Assembly (NCBI GenBank): GCA_963843575.1
Contig: CAWJKZ010000016.1
Location: forward strand, 58,428 to 122,427
Direction of reading: 5' to 3'
Source: an uncultured Acidobacteriota bacterium
GTDB taxonomy: Bacteria > Acidobacteriota > UBA6911
DNA: 64,000 nucleotides
The notes beneath the pieces are model-generated. The model was not told the DNA's origin, searched no databases, and saw nothing but the letters and a program-made list of their open reading frames with translations. Within the stretch, counting starts at the first letter, position 1; each line of letters starts with the position of its first letter. Both the position numbers and the translations under genes were made by a program. This document shows positions 31,170-41,718 of the stretch, in pieces.

Positions 31170-32228
31170 TCAGCGCGGGAGGGCTTGCTTTCCCCCGGCC
31201 GCGTCCGACGCGGCGCGGAAGACTTCCATGACGTTCTCGTCCGGGGTGCCGTAATCCAGGTTCATGCAGCAGAGGCCCACGCCGCACAGGTCCCCGGCCG
31301 CCTCGAGCAGGTGCAGGACGTCGCGGCGTACGGCCGGAGCGTCCTTCTGCTGCAGGCGGACGGGGCTCAGCCGCAGGTTCATGAAGGCGCCGGGGAGCGC
31401 CCTGCGGCAGGCGGCGACGTCGGAACCCCAGCCGACGTCGAAGAAGGCGGCGGCGAGCGCGGCGTACTTCCCGGCGTACAGATGCATGTTGCCGCCGCAG
31501 TGGTGCACGCCGTAGGGCCTCAGGCGCGCCGCCAGCCGCAGCTCCGCGGGAAGGACGAAACGCTCGTACAGGGCCGGCGAGATCATCTCGACCGAGCAGC
31601 TGGCCTGCAGGAAGGTGCGCGGGTCGAAGCGCGCGATCGACCGGTTCACCGCAAGCGAGCAGGTGCCCGCGGCGCGCAAGAGGAATTCGGCCACTCCGGC
31701 AATGGTTTCCCCGACGACGTCGAACAGGTGCCGGACGACGGCGGGATCGTCGTATAAATCGGTGAGCAGGTCCTGGCCGCGCAGCTGCAGGGCGGCGTTC
31801 AGGATGCCGTCCGTGTTGAAGTCGCCGACCACGCAGCCGTACTCGATTTCGAGCGAGCGGGCGTCGGACATGAGCCTGTCCATGGGCCACGTGCGCTCGA
31901 GGGCCGGCGGGCGCAGCGCCATGACCTCCTTCCTGCTCATCAGGGCGGGCACGGGCCACGGGGCCGCATCATCCGCAAACCGGATCTCGAGGCCGAAAAG
32001 CGCCGGGATGACGAACCCTCCCGCCACGTACATCGAGCCGAGCACCGGTCGCGCCCGGGGATCCGGCGGCCCCCAGCCGAAGCGTTCGCGGAGGGCCTTC
32101 CGCATCCTGACGTCGTTGTCGATCCTGGCCTTCGCATCGAGATAGAAGGGCTCGGCAAACGAAATCCCGTGGTTGCGGCACCACCAGTTGGGATTGAACA
32201 CGAACTCGATCGGGGGCTGTTCCGGCAT
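31170..32228 (-). CDS. Uroporphyrinogen decarboxylase/MtaA-CmuA superfamily protein
   Basis: LRGQDLLTDLYDDP, MISPALYERFVLP, HHCG, LDYGTPDENV. Confidence 0.75.
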   Translation of the reverse strand: MPEQPPIEFVFNPNWWCRNHGISFAEPFYLDAKARIDNDVRMRKALRERFGWGPPDPRARPVLGSMYVAGGFVIPALFGLEIRFADDAAPWPVPALMSRKEVMALRPPALERTWPMDRLMSDARSLEIEYGCVVGDFNTDGILNAALQLRGQDLLTDLYDDPAVVRHLFDVVGETIAGVAEFLLRAAGTCSLAVNRSIARFDPRTFLQASCSVEMISPALYERFVLPAELRLAARLRPYGVHHCGGNMHLYAGKYAALAAAFFDVGWGSDVAACRRALPGAFMNLRLSPVRLQQKDAPAVRRDVLHLLEAAGDLCGVGLCCMNLDYGTPDENVMEVFRAASDAAGGKQALPR

Positions 32229-32236
32229 GGGTCGTC

Positions 32237-34111
32237 TCAGGGGCGCTCGCCGGCCGGGTGCGACCGGAAAAGCTCCTGCAGGCTGTAGAAGGCCGTCTTG
32301 GGCGACCGGTAGGCGTCCACCACCCCCTTTGCGTTCCACCCGTGCAGGCGTCCGGCGAGGAAACGGCTCGGCGCGCTGCGGGTGTCGCAGAACTGCCACA
32401 CGCACCCCCCCGAAATCCACTCCTGCTCGAGCCCGTACCGGCCCGAGTCGGCGACGTTGCGCGCCTGATATTCCTCGCTCCACTTGACGTTGCCCCAGTT
32501 GTGCCAGCCTGCCTGGGACTCGGCCCCGCCGAACTCGGTCAGGACGACCGGCTTGTCGGGAAACCGCTCGTGGATCCGGTCGAGCAGCGCAAGGCTCTTT
32601 TTACCCTCCTCCTCGTCCAGGGTCGTGAAGGGGTCGTACCACTGGTACTGGGCCCAGTTGGTGCAGATGATGTCGATCAGGGCGGTCGAGCGGTCGGTCT
32701 TCGCTCCCCCGGTGACGAAGGTGACGAAATGGCTGCTGTCGACGCTGCGGGCATAGGCGACCAGGGATTGTATGGCGTCGTAGCTCTTCGTGAAATCGGG
32801 CCACTCGTTGCCCAGGCTCCAGCTGAAAATGCTCGGGTGATTCATGTCCCGGTAGACCATGTCGCGGAACTGGTCTTTGATCAGCTGCTGGACGGCCGGA
32901 TTGGAGAGCTGTTCGTACGTGTGCTGCCAGGCGGGGACTTCGTTCATGAAGACCAGTCCGTTCTGGTCGCAGTAGTCCAGCAGCATGTCGTCCGGGGGAT
33001 AGTGGGACCGCACCGCGTTGGCCCCCATCCTCTTGATGATTTCGACGTCGTTCCGGAGGATGTGCGGCGCCAGGGCGGACCCCCAGTCCGGGTGGTCGTC
33101 GTGGTGGTTGGCGCCCATCAGCTTGAACCTCGAGCCGTTCAGAAAGACGGCGGGGCCCCTGGTGGTGAACGACCGGATCCCTATCCGGGTGAACTGGTCG
33201 TCGCGGCCCTCCCCGAGCACGACGCGGGCGCCGTACAGGTAGGGGTCCGACGGGGACCAGAGATGCGGGGAGTCCAGGGCGACCCGGAACCGGACTTCCG
33301 GGCTGCCGCCTTCCAGGGAGTGCACCTCGGCATGGAGTTGCCGCCCGTTGATCTCGAATGCGATCCGCTCCCGGGCGTTGCCCCCGGCGAGGTTGCGCAC
33401 GAACACCCGCACGTCGAGGGAGACCCGCGCCGGGGCGACCTCCGCGGGAACGACGTGAAAATTGTCGATGAACAGGCCCGGCACCAGTTCCGCGTACACG
33501 GGCCGGAAAATCCCGCCGTACGGGAACCAGTCCACGCCGGCCTTGGGGACCGTCAGACTGCCGAGGCGGTTGTCCACCCGGACCGTTATCCGGTGCCTTC
33601 CTTTTCTCACGTTGCTCTTGACGAAGGAGAACGGAAGATATCCCCCTTCGTGGTCCCCGATGGCCTCGCCGTCGAGGTACACCCGGCACAGGTAGAAGAC
33701 CCCGCCGAAGCGGATCCGCAGGAGCCCGTCCCGGGGCACGTCGAAGGTCCGGGAGAGCCACGCGGGCCCTTCGTATTGCCAGTAGCGGGCCTGCGTATTC
33801 CAGGACCCCGGGACCCAGAGCTGGGTCTCGGGGCGGGGAAACGCGCCGGCATACCCGCGCTCTTCGCCGGCGCCCTTCGGGTCGGTGACGAAATCCCACA
33901 AACCGCCCAGGGAGATCTGCTCGCGGCTCGTCGTCGTGCGGAAGAGGCGGCTCGCCATCGGGTCCTGCCCGCCGTCCCATTCGATCGCCGCCGGCGCCAG
34001 GACCGACGGGGGGATCTCCGGGAACCTCGTCCTGCCGTCCTGCCCGAAGCACAGGACGAAGGCCACGAAACTCGAAAGGAACACCGCACTCGAGGCGTTG
34101 ATGCTGTTCAT
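32237..34111 (-). CDS. Glycoside hydrolase family 2 (beta-glucuronidase/galactosidase)
   Basis: Signal peptide, HEGGY.PF, YGGIFRPV, GANAVRSHYP, HPSIFSWSLGNE, LTEFG. Confidence 0.92.
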   Translation of the reverse strand: MNSINASSAVFLSSFVAFVLCFGQDGRTRFPEIPPSVLAPAAIEWDGGQDPMASRLFRTTTSREQISLGGLWDFVTDPKGAGEERGYAGAFPRPETQLWVPGSWNTQARYWQYEGPAWLSRTFDVPRDGLLRIRFGGVFYLCRVYLDGEAIGDHEGGYLPFSFVKSNVRKGRHRITVRVDNRLGSLTVPKAGVDWFPYGGIFRPVYAELVPGLFIDNFHVVPAEVAPARVSLDVRVFVRNLAGGNARERIAFEINGRQLHAEVHSLEGGSPEVRFRVALDSPHLWSPSDPYLYGARVVLGEGRDDQFTRIGIRSFTTRGPAVFLNGSRFKLMGANHHDDHPDWGSALAPHILRNDVEIIKRMGANAVRSHYPPDDMLLDYCDQNGLVFMNEVPAWQHTYEQLSNPAVQQLIKDQFRDMVYRDMNHPSIFSWSLGNEWPDFTKSYDAIQSLVAYARSVDSSHFVTFVTGGAKTDRSTALIDIICTNWAQYQWYDPFTTLDEEEGKKSLALLDRIHERFPDKPVVLTEFGGAESQAGWHNWGNVKWSEEYQARNVADSGRYGLEQEWISGGCVWQFCDTRSAPSRFLAGRLHGWNAKGVVDAYRSPKTAFYSLQELFRSHPAGERP

Positions 34112-34389
34112 CGGTCGACTTCCTCCAGCGCTACTACGCCCTCACTCCGGATTTTTGGCAAGCAGAATTTGCTGATAAAAGGGCTGGGTTCCGGGTGGTG
34201 GAAGAGAGTTCGAAAACCAGCCACGGAAGACACTGAAGAACACGGAAGACCGACCGTTTGAAATTCCGTGGACAGCGGGTTTTTTGCAGGCAGAATCTGC
34301 GCCCCCTCGTGGGCGAGCCCACTCGCCCACGGACACGTGCGGAAGCGCGCAACTCTCCTGTCGATCAGCAGCACCGCGCCCTTCGCGTA

Positions 34390-34878
34390 TCATCCTCCAT
34401 AAAGTGTTTCCGTGTTGACCGGCAGGCCGAGCAGCTTCAGGTAGGTAAAGAGCTGCATTTTGTGATTTGTGAAGTGCTCTCGGAACAGGACGAGCATTCT
34501 CTCCAGCTTCCCGCTCCAGCCCCAGGGCGTTGAAACCACTTTTTCAGTGAATTCCTGCTCGCTCAGGCCGTCGATAACGTCGCGTAGGCCGATCCTGTCC
34601 TTACGAATCCGTTCGAGCGCCTCTTGCACGCCGCATGCCGGCATATTCTCGAGTTTCATCCCCTCGACCATCTGCTCGGGCGTGAAAGGCCACTGGCCGG
34701 TGATGAGGCAGCGGACGTCGTCTCCCAGGCCATGGGAGATGTGTTCGATGACCTGACCGAGGCTCATGAAACCCGGTCCAGGCCGCCACTCCAACTTGTC
34801 CGCCGGCGCCATGCCGATGAGCGTTTCGGCGGGTTTATAGGCGTCCATCACCAACTCGTAGAAATCATTCTTCGTCAT
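34390..34878 (-). CDS. DinB family protein
   Basis: WRP...MSLGQVIEHI...EHFTNHKMQLFTYLK. Confidence 0.85.
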   Translation of the reverse strand: MTKNDFYELVMDAYKPAETLIGMAPADKLEWRPGPGFMSLGQVIEHISHGLGDDVRCLITGQWPFTPEQMVEGMKLENMPACGVQEALERIRKDRIGLRDVIDGLSEQEFTEKVVSTPWGWSGKLERMLVLFREHFTNHKMQLFTYLKLLGLPVNTETLYGG

Positions 34879-34952
34879 GCCGCACCTCCTGCGAAAGCGC
34901 TTCGGCGATCAGATGATGGTAGTTGATTCGGTTTGAATTATGACACGGTTCG

Positions 34953-34985
34953 GTTGGCAACTCGCCGCATCAGTTGAGCTCAGCC
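34953..34985 (+). repeat. 33-bp inverted repeat, left copy
   Basis: GTTGGCAACTCGCCGCATCAGTTGAGCTCAGCC is the exact reverse complement of 50828-50860. Confidence 0.85.
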
Positions 34986-35140
34986 GTTCAAGGTGGGACG
35001 AAGGCCAAGGCTCTTGGAGCCATATACCCAAGAAGCAAGGAACTGCCGCGATTTGCGTTATCTCCTCGAACGGGACTTCGAGGGATCCACCACAACGTTT
35101 TAAATCATTCAGGCGTAGTCGATCGCGTGTCGTGCGATCG

Positions 35141-36247
35141 TCACTCAGCTCTGCCGTGATGGCCCGTTTCGTAGTGAGCCTTCAAGAGGTCGCCGCCGAA
35201 GTCGTTCTGAAGGTCGCGCCACACTGAATGGATATGGTTTGCTTTGTCCTGCGTATCGTCGAGTTCAATGAGAAATGACGATGTCTGGATCCTGTAGTAA
35301 TGAGGATCTCCCGGATTGATGCCGCCGGCCCAGGCGAAATACGAATCCCGTCCTGCGTGCTGGATTTGTTCTACGCGCCGCGCCGCAAGCTCATCCGGCA
35401 CATTGCGCGCGTACAGCTCCGCCAAGGCGCGCATGGCGTCGAACTGTTTTGAGTTCATTTTGCCGGCGCGCAGACCCGAGGGCTGCCCCGCGAGGGCCGC
35501 CTTGCGGCTAGACGCGCTCAGGATGTCGCTGTACGCATTGGCATCTACGATGGCTGTCGCCCGGAGCGGCTCGTCGAGCATTCCAATCAACTCGAAACCC
35601 AAATCGTCTTCGGCCGACAGGACGCGCAATCCCCTGCGTGGACCCTGGCCCACTTCAGCAGGGTTCGAGCCGAAGAAGCTAGGGGCGTCCACCACCTGCC
35701 CGTTGCTCACGGTGAAATTCTGGCTGAGATGATGGCCTTCCACGCGCCATCCCCAAGTTCCGGACTCGGAAGGCGTGCCGAAGATCGTGAAGTTGTACTT
35801 CTCCGGGTCGCGCCGCTCGCCGCTGTCGTTCTCGAGCACCCTCAAGACCTCTTCGAGACTCATGATGGTGACCGCTTTGATGTAGCCGACTTGGCTGAGC
35901 CCGGATGCCAGGAGCGCGCTCGCCAGATGCTTCTGGTAGGGCGTCATCTCGCGAAGAGAAAGACCCTTGCGGTCCCTGGGTATGTAGTGCCAGTTCAGCC
36001 GCTCGTTATCAGTGAACGCGAAAGTTGTTTTGGCTTTCTGATCCTGTGTGAGTGCTGCCAGGAAGCGATTCGCGGATTCGGTCATGAGCGACAGTGCGGA
36101 CGCGTGATGGCGTACGTTGGCCGCAAGTTCGTCACCGCGATCGCGACGGTGGTTCCGCACTTCGCTCGGACCGGAGGCCGTGGTGGTAACGCTACTTATG
36201 AGAGCGACGGATGATCCTAGGAACGAACGTCGTCTGATGCGGCACAT
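35141..36247 (-). CDS. DUF3500 family protein with Tat-like signal
   Basis: RRRSFL; WHYIP, WGWRVEGHHLS, FFGSNP, HYYRIQ, NHIHSVWRD..NDFG. Confidence 0.88.
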   Translation of the reverse strand: MCRIRRRSFLGSSVALISSVTTTASGPSEVRNHRRDRGDELAANVRHHASALSLMTESANRFLAALTQDQKAKTTFAFTDNERLNWHYIPRDRKGLSLREMTPYQKHLASALLASGLSQVGYIKAVTIMSLEEVLRVLENDSGERRDPEKYNFTIFGTPSESGTWGWRVEGHHLSQNFTVSNGQVVDAPSFFGSNPAEVGQGPRRGLRVLSAEDDLGFELIGMLDEPLRATAIVDANAYSDILSASSRKAALAGQPSGLRAGKMNSKQFDAMRALAELYARNVPDELAARRVEQIQHAGRDSYFAWAGGINPGDPHYYRIQTSSFLIELDDTQDKANHIHSVWRDLQNDFGGDLLKAHYETGHHGRAE

Positions 36248-36947
36248 GTGATTCCTCTCTGCGCAAATGGATCTGCAAAGCCGTTGCGCGCCTGAGGTTC
36301 GCGTCTGCTTGTCGGGGTTCCCAGCTGAGTTCGCCGGGCATTTCCCTCTTCCCGAGTCGTATTTCCAGTGCTTGAGGTGAACGCGTCTCCATGATGGTAC
36401 AGCAGCGAGACACGAAGGAGAATACGCGATCCACGACCACAACGAGCGCAACGAACCGCCACGCCAAGGTTATCAGTCCGCCTCTCCGTCCGACCTCGGG
36501 GATCAGCTGCTCTCCGCGTCACGTACGTCATCTGAGTTGGCTCAAGTGACAGCAATCCCCTGGGAACGGTCCAGGAGCGGCGTGTCCGGGTAACGTCCGC
36601 GAAGGCGACTTCACGGGACTTACGCTCTCGTTGTAGCTCATTATTTTCAGACAGCACGTCTCCGGATAGCCCGTTAACCTTACAGGTGGCAGCGGATCTC
36701 AGTTTTCCGCGACGCCGTATCGGGGGGAGTCTCGCAGCCTTGTCTTTTAGATCTTCAAAGCTGCTGAAATCCGAGTGCCCTCAGAGGTATATTGGGCCGC
36801 TGCCCCACCCCCCTGGGTAACGGATCTGCGAAGCCAGCCCTCTGTGGCAGGGTTTCGCAGTTATCCACGAGAAAAGAGCATTCGGCGGCAGGTTCGCCTC
36901 ATTGGTGAATACATCAGGTTCCGCCATGCCCGTTTAGGAGAGTTTTT

Positions 36948-39900
36948 ATGGCTGATTCGCATGGCGAGCCGGAGTTCAAGAAGAAGCGTCCTCGTAAGGT
37001 GAAGGAGATCAGGCATCAATCCTCGCTGACTGACAAAATGACCGACCTCAACCGCAATGCACCCCCTCAGGATTGGCTCATCGGCGGGGGGAAAATGGGC
37101 GATCTGGTCCGCTCCCTGGACTGGTCCGCCACTCCGTTGGGCCCCCGGCACAACTGGCCACCGAGCCTGCGTACAACCGTAAATACCATTCTCGCGACTC
37201 GATTCCCCATGTGCCTGCTCTGGGGCGACGACCTGATCATGATTTACAACGAGGGATATCGGATCATCGCGGCTGATAAGCATCCTCGGGCACTGGGCGG
37301 ATCCAGTCGGGAGATATGGCCGGAGGTGTGGGAATTCAACAAGCCGATTTTCGAAAGGGTCATGACGCGTCGCGAAACCGTCTATCTGGAAGATCAGGTT
37401 TATTCGGTAGCCCGCAAAGGATATCTCGAGCAGGCGTTTTTCACGATCTGCTACAGCCCGGTCTGTGATGAATCTGGCGATGTAGGCGGCACTCTGGTCA
37501 CGCTTCTTGAAACCACGCAGCGAATAAAGGCTGAGGACTCGCTGCGCGCTGAACGGAAACAGGCCGAAGATGCCCTGAAGCTAACCCAGGTATCGATCGA
37601 TAGTGCGGCTGAAATGGTCGCCTGGTTTACTCCCGATGGCGGCGTGTACTACGCGAATGATGCAACCTGCCGGACGTTGGGGTATTCCCGAGAAGAGTTG
37701 CTGAAGATGAGCGCTCTGGATTTCAGTCCCGGTTTTACTAAGGAACAGTACGAGGAACACTGGCAGGAGGTCAGGAAGCGGAAATCGTTGACATTACAGC
37801 CCGTGCACCGTCGAAAGGACGGCACCACGTACTCTGCAGAAGTTCTGGTCAACCACGTCGTATATGGCGGCCGGGAGTTCATCTTTGCTTATGGCACGGA
37901 CATTACCGCCCGTAAGGCGGCCGAGGAAACGTTGCGTCAGCGGGCCGAGGAGGTTGAGCGCCTGCTGGAGTCGGTGCCGGCAGCCGTGTGGGTTGCCCAT
38001 GATTCCCAGTGCCGCATGATCACGGGCAACCGCCGTGCCAACGAGTTCTACGAAGCTGAAACCGGCGAGAATGTCTCAGCCACCATGCTTCCCGAAGCTC
38101 GGCGTTTTTTAACACCTGATGGCCACGAACTGCCGGCTGAAGAACTGCCGATGCAGAAGGCCGTTGCCACAAACCGGGATGTACGGGATGTAGAATTGCA
38201 CGTCCAATTGCCCTCTGGACGACGGATTGCCATGCTGGGCAGCGCTGTGCCCCTGCGCGATCAGGCCGGCAGCGCCCGTGGGTGCATCGGCACATTCCTG
38301 GACATCACCGAGCGCAAGCTGACCGAGGAGGCTCTTCGCCGGTCTGAGGCTCGCTATCGTGTACTCCACGAATCCATGCGCGACGCTTTTGTCCAAGTCG
38401 CGATGGACGGGCAGATCGTCGACTTTAACGACGTTTACTGCCAGATGCTCGGCTACACCCCAGACGAGGTCCGCGAGCTTACCTATCAGGCGATAACGCC
38501 GGAGCGGTGGCATGAGTTTGAGCAACGCGTCGTCCAGGAACAGATCATCGCGCGCGGTTACTCCGACGTGTACGAGAAGGAGTATCGTCGAAAAGACGGC
38601 ACGGTCTTCCCTGTAGAACTGCGGACAATTCTTTTGCGGGATGAGGCTGGCCGACCGGCCGGGATGTGGGGCATCATCCGCGACATTACCGACCGAAAGC
38701 AGGCTGAGAGAGCACTCCAGGAAAGCAGGCGACAATTAGACATCCTCATGCAAAATCTGCATAGCGCTGTAGCGCTGATCGACGAGCAGGGCAAGTTCTC
38801 GATTGTTAATCCGGCATTCATGCGTATGTTCGGCATTGAAGCAACGGCGGATATCAAAAATGTCAATGACAGGGACTGGGGAGAATGGCGGGTCTATGAT
38901 GAAAATGGCCAGCTGCTCGAGACAGACGAGCACCCGGTACGAAAAGCCTCTATGACAGGAAAACCGGTCCGCGACAAACTGGTCGGTGTCCTTTCTCCGT
39001 CGGACAAGGACCTCAAATGGATGCTCATCAGTGCCGAGCCGATCTTGCGGCCCGATGGGCAAACAGGCCCGGTAATTTGCACCTATTACGATATCACCGA
39101 ACGCAAACGAGCCGAACGAATGCTTCAGGCTGCGAATGAACAGCTCAAAATAGCAGACAGGCACAAAGATGAGTTTCTTGCCATGCTCGCGCACGAGTTG
39201 CGCAATCCGCTGGCAGCTATCACCAACGCGATAGAGTTGCTGAAAATGCGCGGACCGGCAGATCCGACATTAATGCGAGCACGGAATTCGGCTTCTCGGC
39301 AAGCGGTTCACATGGTTCGTCTGCTCGACGATCTTCTCGATGTCGCGCGGGTGACGCGAAGGAAGATCAGCCTGAAAAAAGAGGACGTGTCCCTCCACTC
39401 AATTCTGGAGAGCGCGGTCGACGCAAGCAATACGGTCATGAATGCGCGTAACCATCGGCTTTTTGTGTCTCATCCGAAGCAGAAGATGCACGTGCACGGA
39501 GACCCGGTCCGACTTTCGCAAGCCATCGGCAATCTGCTGGACAACGCGGCGAAGTACACGCAGCCTGGGGGCGAGATCTATCTCTTAGCCGATCGTGAAG
39601 GCGACCAGGCTATGATCCGGGTTCGGGACAATGGCAAGGGAATCGAGCCGGAGTTGCTTCCGCGTGTCTTTGAGCTTTTTGTCCAGGGTAGCCGTGCGGC
39701 TGACCGTGCAGAAGGAGGCCTCGGGATCGGTTTGACCATAGTGAAATCGCTCGTAGAGCTTCATGGCGGTCGAGTCGAAGCTCGCAGCGATGGTCCGGGT
39801 TCCGGAAGCGAGTTTTCTATATGGCTCCCGCTTCTGCCCGCAGTTGAAGAAAGCGTTTTGGATAAGGCTATCAGAGAAGCAGAGGACCGGCAGCCACTGC

Positions 39901-40268
39901 GGATTCTGGTCGTAGACGACAATGTGGACTCGGCGGAATTGCTTTCGGTTCTGCTGGAACTCGAAGGGCACAAGGTGATGGTCGCCAACTCTGGCCAGGC
40001 AGCAATTGATCCGGCTCTGCAAAACGTGCCGGATGTCGCATTAGTAGACATCGGCATGCCTGGAATGGACGGCTACGAAGTGGCGAGACGGATGCGCAAT
40101 TTCAAGGAATTGAAGGACATGAAGCTGATCGCAGTGACCGGCTATGGACAGCAGGAAGACATTCAGAAGTCCCGCGATGCGGGATTCCATGATCATCTTG
40201 TAAAGCCCGTCGAACTCGAAACACTCAAGACCGTACTTCAGAGAATCGGCCGAAGAAGCACAAGATGA
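36948..40268 (+). CDS. Multi-PAS hybrid histidine kinase (5 PAS/PAC + HisKA + HATPase + receiver), copy 1
   Basis: Repeated DITxRK PAC ends, FLAMLAHELRNPL, NLLDNAAKY, GGLGIGL, ILVVDDN...DIGMPGMDG. Confidence 0.95.
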   Translation: MADSHGEPEFKKKRPRKVKEIRHQSSLTDKMTDLNRNAPPQDWLIGGGKMGDLVRSLDWSATPLGPRHNWPPSLRTTVNTILATRFPMCLLWGDDLIMIYNEGYRIIAADKHPRALGGSSREIWPEVWEFNKPIFERVMTRRETVYLEDQVYSVARKGYLEQAFFTICYSPVCDESGDVGGTLVTLLETTQRIKAEDSLRAERKQAEDALKLTQVSIDSAAEMVAWFTPDGGVYYANDATCRTLGYSREELLKMSALDFSPGFTKEQYEEHWQEVRKRKSLTLQPVHRRKDGTTYSAEVLVNHVVYGGREFIFAYGTDITARKAAEETLRQRAEEVERLLESVPAAVWVAHDSQCRMITGNRRANEFYEAETGENVSATMLPEARRFLTPDGHELPAEELPMQKAVATNRDVRDVELHVQLPSGRRIAMLGSAVPLRDQAGSARGCIGTFLDITERKLTEEALRRSEARYRVLHESMRDAFVQVAMDGQIVDFNDVYCQMLGYTPDEVRELTYQAITPERWHEFEQRVVQEQIIARGYSDVYEKEYRRKDGTVFPVELRTILLRDEAGRPAGMWGIIRDITDRKQAERALQESRRQLDILMQNLHSAVALIDEQGKFSIVNPAFMRMFGIEATADIKNVNDRDWGEWRVYDENGQLLETDEHPVRKASMTGKPVRDKLVGVLSPSDKDLKWMLISAEPILRPDGQTGPVICTYYDITERKRAERMLQAANEQLKIADRHKDEFLAMLAHELRNPLAAITNAIELLKMRGPADPTLMRARNSASRQAVHMVRLLDDLLDVARVTRRKISLKKEDVSLHSILESAVDASNTVMNARNHRLFVSHPKQKMHVHGDPVRLSQAIGNLLDNAAKYTQPGGEIYLLADREGDQAMIRVRDNGKGIEPELLPRVFELFVQGSRAADRAEGGLGIGLTIVKSLVELHGGRVEARSDGPGSGSEFSIWLPLLPAVEESVLDKAIREAEDRQPLRILVVDDNVDSAELLSVLLELEGHKVMVANSGQAAIDPALQNVPDVALVDIGMPGMDGYEVARRMRNFKELKDMKLIAVTGYGQQEDIQKSRDAGFHDHLVKPVELETLKTVLQRIGRRSTR

Positions 40269-40396
40269 GGTGGCTGCCGCGGCTGATCGAGCAGCTCCGC
40301 ACATCCAAGCAGGCTGAGTTCCCGGCTGGAGTTCCTTCATCTGGACGAAAAGTCGGCAAACCGTCCAATGATCCGCCGAGAGCGTGAACGCCCTCC

Positions 40397-41350
40397 TCAG
40401 GAAAACGGTTCGATGCCAATCCGGTCGTTGACCGCTCCCCTCAAGCGCTGCTTGCATCCAAGGTACCGCTCAGTTGTTTGGACTGAGACATGCCCAAGCA
40501 GAAACTGGATCTGCTCCAACTCACCCCCGGCGGCATGACACATGCGTGCATAGCGGCGGAGGTCGTGCGGCGCCAACCTCGACAATCCGAGCTTTGCAGC
40601 ATTTTGCTTTACCACATGCCAGACGACTTTTTCTGTCACGCCGTGGCCCCACGCTTTCCCTGCTCTGCAGACGCACCGAAATAGTTTCCCGTCGGTCACT
40701 GCAGATGCGGTCACCCAGTGATCCACGGTATTCTTCACCCAGTCCGGGACGGGAACCGTCCTGATATGCCCGGCTTTGCCAATCAAATCAATTATTGCCC
40801 AGTGGTCCTCCCGCCGCTGAAAATGATCGAGACGCAAGTCAGCCAGTTCACCGCGTCGAAGCCCGCAGCCCAATAAGATCGCCAGAATCGCACGATCCCG
40901 CTTGCCTTTGAGGGTCCCGGTATCCGGCAGCTGCCAGAGCGATCGACCTTCTTCAGGTGAAAGCCAATTGCCGAGGCGAACGCCAAGTCTTTTCGCTCCC
41001 TTCACGCGGCGTATGCCGGCGGCCAAATCAGGGCTCAACAGCCCGGAATCGGCGGCCTCGTACGCTAGGCGACGCACAGAAGCAAGCCTGAGGTTAACTG
41101 TACCCGGTGCGAGTTGGCGAGATTCAAGCTCAGCCTTGTATCGGCTCACCACAGCTCTGTTGAACGACAAGCGCGGCTCCGAGCAGTACCATGCGATGAA
41201 CTCGTCAATTGCATGTCGATAACCCCGCTGTGATTCCGGGGAGCGAAGACTCCTCAGAACAGCTGCCTTGGCTTGATCGAGATCCGGAAGGGTAGGTCTG
41301 GTTTTGGTTCATGCAATTTTTCTTGAAATCTTCGTTCGCTTTCTCCTCAT
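40397..41350 (-). CDS. Tyrosine recombinase/integrase; in-frame TGA at codon 14 (41309-41311), possibly degenerate
   Basis: RDRAIL...GLRRGE, GKAG, HDLRR, LLGH.S.QTTERY catalytic motifs. The upstream in-frame region LPDLDQAKAAVL...YRHAIDEFI extends to ATG 41350 across one stop. Confidence 0.85.
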
Positions 41351-41718
41351 AGCCGGCGGCCTCCTGAACGCTGGCTATGAGCATAGCCTTGCTCAGCCTC
41401 TCGGGGCGGATAGCCCGTTAACCGTCCAGGTGGCGGGATCTGTCAACCTCCCTGAAGGCAGTATCTGAGCACCTTTGGCCAGAGCCCTGTCATCGACAGC
41501 CACAGACTCCTCAACGAGCTCTTGCACAAAGCTCAAGTTTGCTGAACTGCGAACGCTTTCAGGGGTATATTGGCTGCTCCAACCTTTGGCAGCGGATCTG
41601 CGACAAGCAGATCTCGGGCAGAGTTCTGCATTAGCCAAGAGAGAGCAAGCCTATTCGGCGGCAGGTTCGCTCATTAGCGGACGCACCAAGTTCCGCCATG
41701 CCCATTTAGGAGAGTTTT

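Noticed and set aside
36250-36660. Small ORFs or ncRNA between DUF3500 and HK1
   Set aside because: No recognisable protein or RNA motifs.
40397-41350. Recombinase as an integron integrase with attC cassettes
   Set aside because: No IntI-specific insertion is evident, and no repeated RYYYAAC...GTTRRRY attC structures follow the genes.
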